Assembly (NCBI GenBank): GCA_963693365.1
Contig: CAVNZM010000006.1
Location: forward strand, 1,240,001-1,304,000
Direction of reading: 5' to 3'
From: Amoebidium appalachense
Lineage: Eukaryota; Protista; Ichthyosporea
Length of the DNA: 64,000 nucleotides
The position numbers were made by a program, and so were the translations under genes. Shown here in pieces: positions 1-15,400 of this stretch. Each line of letters begins with the position of its first letter. The first letter of the stretch is position 1. The notes beneath the pieces are model-generated. The model did not search any database. It was not told where the DNA came from and worked only from the letters and a program-made list of their open reading frames with translations.

Positions 1-421
1 ACGTGAAATGATCCAGGGGAACCAAGGTATATATACGATAGTATATTTCAGAAACGACTAAAAAATTAGGAATATTTATAAAACAAACAAAAAAGTAGGA
101 ATATTGTAGATCTAATGGGGTGAACTCGAATGTGCTGTTAATTGTTTCAACAGTCATCACTAATACATATTAGCCGCCCAGGCCAACATGCAATGTATGT
201 GTCACCTCACCGAGCACATACATCTCTATTGGGAGAATATGACCTTGAAGAGGAGCCGCGGGGTGGGGGGGGAGGGGGGGGGGGGGGGGGGTTCCTAAGC
301 GCCTGCGGGAAGGGGGGGGGGGGGGGGGGGGGCAAGGTAGGAAGGGGGTGGCCCACATAAACCCGTGATCAGGCCCCAGAGCATCTGGCCACCATGCTCC
401 TTCCCCTCCCCCCATTCGCTC

Positions 422-784
422 TAGTCTCCAAGGCTATGTACCCACTGGCTTACATAAGTGGCTGAGCACTACTACGCCGCGGGACGTCTCCAGCCGGGTC
501 TATGTAATTCTGATGGGCAATCGGAACGCTTTATGAAAGTTTATTTTCCTAATGGGCAGTAGGAACACTTCCGTACTTCTGATGGGCAATAGGAACGCTT
601 CCGCAATTTTGTTGTTGGGCAATAGGAACGCGGCGTTAAATTAATCTTGCGACTTTTAACCAACCATCTGCTGTAGATTTAAATTTGTTTGCGCAATCAG
701 ACACTTTGTCTAGTGACTGTCGCCTGCGGCAACATACAAGGTATGTTGAGCCGGGCCGCAGGGAGACAGCACTCAAAGTGACTA
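422..784. mobile_element. Non-autonomous DNA transposon (MITE), copy 1; AcademH-like termini
   Basis: Ends are TAGTC...GACTA, flanked by a near-perfect 9-bp duplication (cattcgctc / cattcactt). Both ~80-bp ends align with the copy at 24862-25224. Interior has ~4 tandem copies of tgggcaat(c/a)ggaacgc (515-632). Confidence 0.75.
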
Positions 785-1108
785 CATTCACTTCCCCTGC
801 GGGCCACCCGCCCCACAAGCCACCACTCACATACACACTCGTACTACACACAGATCTGTCCGTAGTACGAGTGCTTATCAATTTAGGCACTAGACTAAAT
901 ATAAGTGCTATTTTCTTCGTTCTAAAATGAGCTGTGTGGCTTAGCCTAGTGCACAGCTATAATTGCAGTTTTCACAACCCCCCCCCCCCCCCCCCCCCCC
1001 CCCACTTCGCAGGGCCTCCTCAACACACACACACACACATACACACACGCACACGCGCACACATACACACGCGCACACGCGCGCACGAACATACACGCCC
1101 ACGCGCAC

Positions 1109-1149
<41 letters not shown>

Positions 1150-1163
1150 CACGCACACACACA

Positions 1164-1203
<40 letters not shown>

Positions 1204-1582
1204 CAGACACAGACACACACACACTACCAAGACGTCTCACATTAGACATCGACCTCACCGTGTGGAGCAGGCGTGCCAGCTAGTACTTTGCAGAAATAAA
1301 TAGACGAATAAAGTTGAACAGAAAACTGTATTAAATGGCATGACATGCAGGCTTCCTTGCTTTCCGTTTATTATTGGGTCTGCTCCTCATCAGATATCAT
1401 GACGCACATGCACAGTCTCAACCCCATTTCAACAAAGCACATTGCAAATTAAATAGTGTGCTCGTCTGGTACTACACCTAGTAGGCCTACCCTTTGGACA
1501 AAAAAGGCAACACACTAAACTAAAATATACACATGACCAACACAATATATTAACAGCAGAGCATGATCATTGAGAAGCTCAG

Positions 1583-1613
<31 letters not shown>

Positions 1614-1694
1614 CCAACACTTTGGGACACAGCAGAGGAATACTATCATCAAAAATGTGTGGTTTTAGCAAAACAACAACATAACACGTTCACT

Positions 1695-4978
<3,284 letters not shown>

Positions 4979-5237
4979 GGTTGCTGTGCTCTGCGGGGAT
5001 ACCATACTCTGAGTCATGTTATGAAACGGAAGTGAAGGGGAACTATGGAGCGAGGAGGAGATCTGATAACTATAGATCTGGTATGACTGAATTCATGAAC
5101 AAAAGCTGCTCGTGCGTCCAAAAACAACATGCGTGTATTTGTGTGTGTAAAGGTGTGTGTGCAGGTGTGTGTCTGTGTGTGTGTGTGTGTGTCTGTCGCA
5201 TCGTGCGTGTATGTGTGTCTGCTTGTCTGCATTATGA

Positions 5238-5287
<50 letters not shown>

Positions 5288-5307
5288 TCTGCTTGTCTGC
5301 ATTATGA

Positions 5308-5380
<73 letters not shown>

Positions 5381-6069
5381 GTGCGCGTGTGTGCGCTCTC
5401 GCGCATGTGTGAAAGGAAAAGCAGGGAGGGAGGGAGTGAGGGAGAGAGAGGGGGGCAGGGGGAGGAGGGGGGGGGGGGGGGGGGGGGGGAGAGAGGGAGA
5501 CGAGAAAGTTTGAGGGATGTGCGTAATTCTGCATTTTTTTGTGTGTGTCTGCAATGTGGGTGTGTCCGGTGCATGGTGTGGGGTCTCTCGAACACTTTGG
5601 AGGCAATTACCTGCGAGAAGTTTCAGCCGAAAAACCTCACAAAATTTTGTTTTGCCTTTTTATTTGTTTGTCTCTTTGTGTCAGCCAATCCGCTGTGACC
5701 TACTTTTGAATCATTAGCCATTTATGGCTATAAAGATGTGTAGCCAATAAGGGCGAGGAACCAGACGAACAAGCGTTCTAGCGCCTATGCATCAAGTGGG
5801 CAAGTCGACGTCAAGTACTCGGCCACCCGTTCAAGGCCCTGCATAGTGCTGGTTCAACCAGTCATTCATGCCCCCCCCTACGTGTGCAAAAATCGAAGGT
5901 TGCACTATGGCGGCTGAAGGGGGGAAGGGGGGAGCTGGGCGGGGGAGGGGGGGGGGGGGGGGGGGGAGGGGGCAGGGAAAAGGGGAGGTGTGTGTGTATG
6001 TGTTGGAGGGGGGGGGAGAGGGGGGGGGGGGGGGGGGGGAAGGGAGGGAGGGGAGGAGGTTGTCGGAGG

Positions 6070-6171
<102 letters not shown>

Positions 6172-6311
6172 GGGGGGGAGGATGGGGGAAAGGGATGTGT
6201 ACTAGTCTACAACAGGTACACAGAGTCGGAACACACTTCCCCTTTGATTTACCGTACTACTGACAGACGGGCAGCGTTGGAAACACAACTAAAATCATGA
6301 TGTGCAGTGAT

Positions 6312-6381
<70 letters not shown>

Positions 6382-7015
6382 CCAGTCGCACCATGTCCGG
6401 CTCCCGATCACATCAAAACCACATGTAATCGGTGATTAGGCTGCATGATTCTGCAAATTCCGCATTAAGTCAACCAATAGACACATTAGACCGCACCAGA
6501 ACCCATAGAGATGACCAATCAGAGTAGACATTCCGCGCATTTTTGTCAGGTTAAAATTTAAGTAGCACAGGTCGCCACGAAAACTGGTCGGAAACACGTG
6601 AAAACGTGTTTTCTAGCTCCTCTAGTCCAACGGAGAACTCCTAGCACACCTAACAGCCGGGCCCAGAAAAACTCAAGCGGATAGAGGTACACGTTAGCTA
6701 CAGGGGACACTAAAAGCCGTCCCCGTAGGCCGGCGGGCACGGGAGTTACGCGCCGGAAAGGAGCCCCCCCTTTTTTTCCCTGCACTTGACACAAAACCAA
6801 CGTTTCCTCTTTCAGTGGTAGTGACCTTTGTCTGGGGGGAAAAACATTAACGGCACAGAATTCACACACTGTGACATAGTAGCAGAGTAGAACGCGCACA
6901 GAGTAGCCGTATCCACAGATACCAGCATCCTGCACTCACCCTTTTCGCACACACAAAGTCAACAACCATCTAGCAAATAAACGCTACCCAAAACATAGCT
7001 GCACCCACCCCTACC

Positions 7016-9265
7016 ATGGAAAACCACATGGAGCTAGACGGGGACACGTCCCTCACTGCAATATCCACCTTAAACCCACCCACACCCAATCACACGGATA
7101 GGGCAACCGAGTCGGTAGAAACCACACAACCGATGGGGGAAAGCATGGGGGTGGGAGCGAACCCTCATCATCCCCCGGGCTCTGGAGGAAACGAGCGCTT
7201 GTCGGGCAAAAGAGGAAAGGAGGAAACAGAGGAGATGGAGAGGTCTACCTCACGCAGGACGGACTATGCCATACCAGGTAAAACTAACGCCCCCACCCTT
7301 TCCATACTGTGTCCCCTGCCAGCAGACGACGGACACTCTGAAGCGGGCTGGTTGGCTCGGGTGTATGACTTCGTCAGCACCCAGAACCTAGCAAACAGGT
7401 ACCTGGTGCACAACCGAAACCAACGGGGCATAGAGATCATGGTAGGCACAGAAGCAGAGTGGGAGGCACTAGTCACAGCACTGGTGGGGGAGGGCATTTT
7501 ACCTGCCCCCCCACCCCACCCCTCCATCCGCCCGAACCCCACACTGTACATGGTCCTAATCCCGAATAGAACGGTAGAAACGTGCAATTTTCCGAGGATA
7601 GGACGAGCAAGTGACGTGGCAACCGTGCTATATGCCATAGACCTTCACCCAGTGACCGTAACCTGGCTCCCCCCAAACCCCAACTTCCGTATCGCCAGGG
7701 AGCACTGGGCGTATGAGGGTAATTATGAGGTGGTTTTTCCGGACGACGAACACCATAGGAAACGCATAATAAATCTCCGAGAACACTTTAGGGTCAACCA
7801 GACCTCTCTAGTGGAGGAAACATACATGACGGCGGCCCCTGCAATGCACAGGCACCGGGCCTGGGCTATCACCACACCCGGCTTAAACGAGGACACACGC
7901 CCCCCCCATCTCCAGGGGTACGATCATCGCCTCTATGAGAACACCAACCCCACCCCCCGTGTGGTGGACACCCCTCCCGAGCGGCCCCAGGCCCGACCCT
8001 TTCCGACACAGGAGGGGGGGGGGGAGGAGTCAGAGGCAGTTCTGTTGCTAATCCCCATCCCACAGTCTCACATGTGTGGGTTGTGTTGGGAGCAATCCCA
8101 CAAACTAACAGACACAGAGTGCCCGTTTGTTCAGTGCCTAACCTGTCGGGAGGTGGGGCACGAACCGGATGAGTGCCCCAAAAACCGCACCAGCTGTCCG
8201 TACTGTAACCGGCCGTTACACGTACACGGAAACCCCAGTAACCCCATCGCCACATGCCTGCAACGCCGCCGAAACTGCGGTAACTGTGGGGAACTGGGCC
8301 ACCCCGCATATAAATGCCAACGGAAACCCCTTTTCGCACCGGGTATTATCGTGTTGGTGGGCTTGAGTAGTCTAGACCCACCTGACGACTCTTTCTTCGC
8401 CACCGTGATTGAGTGGCGGGACTATGTACACGTCCAGGCACTCCGCCAGGCACTCACGTACTCCGGCCTTGGCCCCCCCGGGGAGGGGGCCACCCGGGAG
8501 GGTAGAGCCGGCAGAGCCCCAGAGGTGAATAAGTGTAGGGTCACAGGGCACCACTTCATCACCATGCCCATCCCCGTAAGCCACACGGACTACCCATACC
8601 TCCGGGACCACCCGGAGGGAATACTTCTGTCGTTTAATACCGGGGCACCAAGCCCCCGCGAATACACAGTACGTGCCCGCCTCACCACCGTGGACAGGGC
8701 GACCGTGCTCCTCGACCACCCGCGGCTAGGGCAGAGCACACATCCCACAGACAACACACCACCACTCGAGGCCCCAGACGAAGACGACCAATCATTGGCC
8801 TCCGCGCCGTCGCACCAGCCCTACCAGGCCCCGTCCCCACCTCCGCCGGTGTCGCCCACAGGGGACCCCGTGGCGGACCTGACGGCTCGAGTAAACCGGC
8901 TCGAACTGCAGTTGGCCAGCCAGGGGGCCACCATACACAACGTGCACCGTGAGGTGCAGGATACGACTGCCCAGCTGAGGGGTATGGAGCAGTCGATGGT
9001 TAGCATGCTCGAACAGCTAGGGGACCGCCTTGCCCTCACACTGGAAGCCCGTTTGGGCGGGGCTAGGGGGGGAGGGGGAGGGGGGAGAGCACTCTACCCC
9101 AGAGACCCGAGACCCCCAAGCCACCGAGCCATTGAGGCCCACAGAGGCACAACACCCCAACAGCGGCGCCCCCCCCCAACCAAGGCGGGGGCCCCCAGGG
9201 GCCCCCTCACAACGCCAACCCACACAGCCCACACGCCCATCCACACCACACAGGTCCTCGGTTAA
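7016..9265 (+). CDS. LINE ORF1, gag-like nucleic-acid-binding protein (749 aa)
   Basis: Four clustered CCHC-type knuckles (CGLCWEQSH..C, CLTCREVGHEPDEC, CPYCNRPLH..C, CGNCGELGHPAYKC) and a C-terminal heptad coiled coil (VADLTARVNRLELQL...). Confidence 0.85.
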   Translation: MENHMELDGDTSLTAISTLNPPTPNHTDRATESVETTQPMGESMGVGANPHHPPGSGGNERLSGKRGKEETEEMERSTSRRTDYAIPGKTNAPTLSILCPLPADDGHSEAGWLARVYDFVSTQNLANRYLVHNRNQRGIEIMVGTEAEWEALVTALVGEGILPAPPPHPSIRPNPTLYMVLIPNRTVETCNFPRIGRASDVATVLYAIDLHPVTVTWLPPNPNFRIAREHWAYEGNYEVVFPDDEHHRKRIINLREHFRVNQTSLVEETYMTAAPAMHRHRAWAITTPGLNEDTRPPHLQGYDHRLYENTNPTPRVVDTPPERPQARPFPTQEGGGEESEAVLLLIPIPQSHMCGLCWEQSHKLTDTECPFVQCLTCREVGHEPDECPKNRTSCPYCNRPLHVHGNPSNPIATCLQRRRNCGNCGELGHPAYKCQRKPLFAPGIIVLVGLSSLDPPDDSFFATVIEWRDYVHVQALRQALTYSGLGPPGEGATREGRAGRAPEVNKCRVTGHHFITMPIPVSHTDYPYLRDHPEGILLSFNTGAPSPREYTVRARLTTVDRATVLLDHPRLGQSTHPTDNTPPLEAPDEDDQSLASAPSHQPYQAPSPPPPVSPTGDPVADLTARVNRLELQLASQGATIHNVHREVQDTTAQLRGMEQSMVSMLEQLGDRLALTLEARLGGARGGGGGGRALYPRDPRPPSHRAIEAHRGTTPQQRRPPPTKAGAPRGPLTTPTHTAHTPIHTTQVLG

Positions 9266-9434
9266 CTCGACACGGGGAACTGACCAAGGTGCCCGTCCCC
9301 CATCGCATGGGGACGGGCAGGCATAATGCCGACCCCATCCCCCCCGCCCGGACACCCGGCGCCGGCAAAGGGGGTAGCGCCCGACACCACACACACTCGG
9401 CACGGCGCAAAGTCCGGGTCCAGAGGCCACAGAC

Positions 9435-12400
9435 ATGATCCACCAGAACACAGCCCTGGAAGCACTTGAAGGGGAGCTAGTCTCGCCCATCAACCACGCA
9501 AATTTACCACCAGCCAAACCACACAGCCACCTTCGGATTGGAACTTTAAACCTGGCCGGACCTACCACTCGTACCGGCCAGGACAAGATCGTCGAGGCAG
9601 CCAGGTGGGCTGCCTTTGCAGACATGGACGTAGTCATTCTGACGGAGACCGGGACCACCCCGGGCTCCTTCACACGCACAAAGTTTTCCATTCGAAACGA
9701 AGGTATCCCCATGCGTGCCACGTATGTATGCCCACCAGCCACCACCACTGGACACACACACACAACACTCTCTGCCTCAGAGGCCGGTATCCCGGTGGCA
9801 GAGAGCTCGTCCAATGACCAAACCACACCGTCACTAGCCCAGGAGGAAACACGATTCCGCTACACGGGGGTGGTGATACTCACAAACGAAACGTGGTTTA
9901 GACACCAAGGAAAACCACATAGCAAAAATGCACGAATGCTAGCTATTCCATATCACACAAAACGGCACACAACGTGGGTGATAGGACTTTATCAACACAC
10001 GAATGCAACACAGGGAAACGTCAGACAGGCCCGTCGACTCACCTCACAGGTAGCCAGATTTCTCACCTCCCTCCCGGCCCCCAACGACACCACTGTCATC
10101 GTGGCCGGGGATTTCAACGAGGTGTGCCACCCTACTCTGGACAGGGCACGGCCCGAAACCGGCCCCAGTTCAGCACAGGCAATGCCCACAGGACTCGTGC
10201 CCGGGCTGCTCCACGAGCTGATGGACGCCCATCTACTCATAGACAGCTACCGAGCCGAACACCCCACCACCAGGAAATATACGTACCACAGCGGTCCCCA
10301 CCGCTCACGCATCGACTACGTATACATCCCGGCGGCGTTACGCCCAGCACTGGTCTCAGCCTCCGTCACGGAATTACCGGATCTTCACACCGACCACCAC
10401 CTGGCCTGGTGCGAAACTGGGCCCCATCCTAACCTGCCGGGCCAGGGACCAGGGCCAACCCGAAACCAACCCACACCGAGACTCCAGCTGAAACCGAACA
10501 CCACACAGGAGGACTGGGCACGTTTTACCACCGGCACGGAGGCAGCCTTCACGTCCCCCCCAACCACCACCCCTACCCAGGCGGAGGTGGAAGGGAGATG
10601 GGAGTACATGGCCGCCACCATTCTCTCGGTGGCAAAAACCACAGTGGGCCGGACCAAGAGCAAACCAGAGAAGTCCACGTCAAAACCGACGAAGGTCTTC
10701 CCGGAGGACAACGAGCACGCGGAGCTACACAGGCTCCTCAATGCAACGGACCGGGCGGCAAATCCACAGGGTTTCTGGGAGAGGGCCAAGGAGCTGGCCG
10801 TCCAATATGGCTGGCCAGCACCCCCTCCCCCTCCGGAGCCCCCCCCACCGGTACCCCCAACAAGCAGTCCCATCATCCCACTGTACACAGCCGACCCCAA
10901 CAACCCCCCGGGCATCCCCCCCACCCCCCAGGACACCCCCCCCTCCCCCCAGGCACACCCGTCCCAGACGGGGTGGTATCAGGAGGAGGGGGACCCCGGA
11001 TCCACCCAGCAGCACCAACCCACACCCACTTTGCTGCACCAGCCTGCCGCTGGCCCAGCAGGCAGCCCCAACAGGCAGGCCCAGCATGGGCCACCCAGTC
11101 GACAGCACCAACAGGAGCCACCAAGCCAGCAGCAGCAGCCTCAGGCTGAAGCCCCTGCCGGCAGCCCACAACGGCAGCCACAGCAGGGGCCACCCAGCCT
11201 GCAGGCCCTGCATGGGCCACCTAGCCAGCAGCAACCGATCACACCTACACTGCAGCAGCTGCCTGCAGCAGCAGATTGCAGCCCCGGCCGGCCGGCCCAG
11301 CACGGGCCACCCAGCCGACAGCACCAACAGGAGCCACCAAGCCAGCAGCAGCAGCCGCAGGCTGCAGCCCCAGCAGGCAGCCCACACCGGCAGCCACAGC
11401 AGGGGCCACCCAGCCTGCAGGCCCTGCCAGGGCCACCCAGCCAGCAACAACCGACCACACCCACACTGCAGCAGCCGCCTGCAGCAGCAGCGTGCAGCCC
11501 CGGCCGGCAGGCCCAGCACGGGCCACCCAACCAACAGGAGCCACCCAGCCAGCAGCAGCAGCCTCAGGCTGAAGCCCCAGCAGGCAGCCCACACCGGCAG
11601 CCACAGCAGGGGCCACCCAGCCTGCAGGCCCTGCCAGGGTCACCCAGCCAGCAGAAACCGACCACACCCACAATGCAGCGGCGGCCTACAGTAGCAGATT
11701 GCAGCTCCGGCCGGCCGGCCCAACACGAGCCACCCAGCCGACAGCACAAACAGGAGCCACCAAGCCAGCAGCAGCAGCCAAAGGCTGCAGCCCCAGCAGG
11801 CAGCCCACACCGGCAGTCACAGCAGGGGCCACCCACCCTGCAGGCCCCGCCTGGGCCACCCAGCCAGCAGCAACCGACCACACCCACACTGCACCAGCTG
11901 CCTGCGGCAGCAGATTGCAGCCCCGGCCGGACGGCCCAGCACGGGCCACCCAGCCGACAGCACGAACAGGAGCCACCAAGCCAGCAGCAGCAGCCGCAGG
12001 CTGCAGACCCTGCCGGCAGCCCACACCGGCAGCCACAGCAGGGGCCACCCAGCCTGCAGGCCCTGCCAGAGCCACCCAACCAGCAGCAACCGACCCCACC
12101 CACACTGCAGCAGCTGCCTGCAGCAGCAGTTTGCAGCCCCGGCCGGCCGGCCCAGCACGGCCCACCCAGCCGACAGTACCAACAGGAGCCACCACGCCAG
12201 CAGCAGGAGCCTCAGGTTGCAGCCCTAGCAGGCAGCCCACACCGGCAGCCACCGCAGGGGCCACCCAGCCTGCAGGGCCTGCATGGGCCACCCGGCCAGC
12301 AGCAACAAACCACACCCACCCGGCAGCAACTCCCTGCAGCAGCAGATTGCAGCCCCACCCAGCAGCACCAACCCACACCCACTTTGCTGCATCGGCCTGC

Positions 12401-15400
12401 CGCTGCCCCAGCAGACAGCCCTGGCCGGCAGGACCAGCATGGGCCACCCAGTCGCCAGCACCAACAGGAGCCACCAAGCCAGCAACAGCAGCCTCAGGCT
12501 GCAGCCCCCGCCAGCAGCCCACAACAGGGGCCACCCAGCCTGAAGGCCCTGCATGGGCCACCCAGCCAGCAGCAACCGATCACATCTACACTGCAGCAGC
12601 TGCCTGCAGCAGCAGATTGCAGCCCCGGCCGGCCGGCCCAGCACGGGCCACCCAGCCGACAGTACAAACAGGAGCCACCAAGCCAGCAGCAGCCGCCGCA
12701 GGCTGTAGCCCCAGCAGGCAGCCCTCACCGGCAGCCACAGCAGGGGCCACCCAGCCTGCAGGCCCTGCCAGGGCCACCCAGCCAGCAACAACCGACCACA
12801 CCTACACTGCAGCAGCTGCCTGCAGCGGCGGCGTGCAGCCCCCGGCCGGCCGGCCCAGCACGGGCCACCCAGCCGACAGCACCAACAGGAGCCACCCCGC
12901 CAGCAACAGCAGCCTCAGGCTGCAGACCCAGCAGGCAGCCCACACCTGCAGCCACAGCAGGGGCCACCCAGCCTGCAGGCCCTGCCAGAACAACCCAGCC
13001 AGCAGCAACCGACCACACCCACACGGCAGCAGCAGCAGGTAGCAGACTGCAACCCCAGCCGGCAGGCCCAAGACGGGCCATCCAGCCGACAGCACCGACA
13101 GGAGCCGCCAAACCAGCAGCAGCAGCCTCAGGCGGCAGCCCCAGCAGGCAGCCCACACCGGCAGCCTCAGCAGGGGCCACCCAGCCTGCAGGCCCTGCCA
13201 GGGCCACCCAGCCAGCAACAACCGACCACACCCACACTGCAGCAGCCGCCTGCAGCAGCAGCGTGCAGCCCCGGCCGGCAGGCCCAGCACGGGCCACCCA
13301 ACCAACAGGAGCCACCCAGCCAGCAGCAGCAGCCTCAGGCTGTAGCCCCAGCAGGCAGCCCACACCGGCAGCCACAGCAGGGGCCACCCAGCCTGCAGGC
13401 CCTGCCAGGGTCACCCAGCCAGCAGCAACCGACCACACCCACAATGCAGCGGCGGCGTACAGTAGCAGATTGCAGCCCCGGCCGGCCGGCCCAGCACGGG
13501 CCACCCAGCCGACAGTACCAACAGGAGCCACCAAGCCAGCAGCAGCCGCCGCAGGCTGTAGCCCCAGCAGGCAGCCCTCACCGGCAGCCACAGCAGGGGC
13601 CACCCAGCCTGCAGGCCCTGCCAGGGCCACCCAGCCAGCAACAACCGACCACACCTACACTGCAGCAGCTGCCTGCAGCGGCGGCGTGCAGCCCCGGCCG
13701 GCCGGCCCAGCACGGGCCACCCAGCCGACAGCACCAACAGGAGCCACCCCGCCAGCAACAGCAGCCTCAGGCTGCAGACCCAGCAGGCAGCCCACACCTG
13801 CAGCCACAGCAGGGGCCACCCAGCCTGCAGGCCCTGCCAGAACAACCCAGCCAGCAGCAACCGACCACACCCACACGGCAGCAGCAGCAGGTAGCAGACT
13901 GCAACCCCAGCCGGCAGGCCCAGGACGGGCCATCCAGCCGACAGCACCGACAGGAGCCGCCAAACCAGCAGCAGCAGCCTCAGGCGGCAGCCCCAGCAGG
14001 CAGCCCACACCGGCAGCCTCAGCAGGGGCCACCCAGCCTGCAGGCCCTGCCAGGGCCACCCAGCCAGCAACAACCGACCACACCCACACTGCAGCAGCCG
14101 CCTGCAGCAGCAGCGTGCAGCCCCGGCCGGCAGGCCCAGCACGGGCCACCCAACCAACAGGAGCCACCCAGCCAGCAGCAGCAGCCTCAGGCTGTAGCCC
14201 CAGCAGGCAGCCCACACCGGCAGCCACAGCAGGGGCCACCCAGCCTGCAGGCCCTGCCAGGGTCACCCAGCCAGCAGCAACCGACCACACCCACAATGCA
14301 GCGGCGGCCTACAGTAGCAGATTGCAGCCCCGGCCGGCCGGCCCAGCACGGGCCACCCAGCCGACAGTACCAACAGGAGCCACCAAGCCAGCAGCAGCCG
14401 CCGCAGGCTGTAGCCCCAGCAGGCAGCCCTCACCGGCAGCCACAGCAGGGGCCACCCAGCCTGCAGGCCCTGCCAGGGCCACCCAGCCAGCAACAACCGA
14501 CCACACCTACACTGCAGCAGCTGCCTGCAGCGGCGGCGTGCAGCCCCGGCCGGCCGGCCCAGCACGGGCCACCCAGCCGACAGCACCAACAGGAGCCACC
14601 CCGCCAGCAACAGCAGCCTCAGGCTGCAGACCCAGCAGGCAGCCCACACCTGCAGCCACAGCAGGGGCCACCCAGCCTGCAGGCCCTGCCAGAACAACCC
14701 AGCCAGCAGCAACCGACCACACCCACACGGCAGCAGCAGCAGGTAGCAGACTGCAACCCCAGCCGGCAGGCCCAAGACGGGCCATCCAGCCGACAGCACC
14801 GACAGGAGCCGCCAAACCAGCAGCAGCAGCCTCAGGCGGCAGCCCCAGCAGGCAGCCCACACCGGCAGCCTCAGCAGGGGCCACCCAGCCTGCAGGCCCT
14901 GCCAGGGCCACCCAGCCAGCAACAACCGACCACACCCACACTGCAGCAGCCGCCTGCAGCAGCAGCGTGCAGCCCCGGCCGGCAGGCCCAGCACGGGCCA
15001 CCCAACCAACAGGAGCCACCCAGCCAGCAGCAGCAGCCTCAGGCTGTAGCCCCAGCAGGCAGCCCACACCGGCAGCCACAGCAGGGGCCACCCAGCCTGC
15101 AGGCCCTGCCAGGGTCACCCAGCCAGCAGCAACCGACCACACCCACAATGCAGCGGCGGCCTACAGTAGCAGATTGCAGCCCCGGCCGGCCGGCCCAGCA
15201 CGGGCCACCCAGCCGACAGTACCAACAGGAGCCACCAAGCCAGCAGCAGCCGCCGCAGGCTGTAGCCCCAGCAGGCAGCCCTCACCGGCAGCCACAGCAG
15301 GGGCCACCCAGCCTGCAGGCCCTGCCAGGGCCACCCAGCCAGCAACTACCGACCACACCTACATTGCAGCAGCTGCCTGCAGCGGCGGCGTGCAGCCCCG

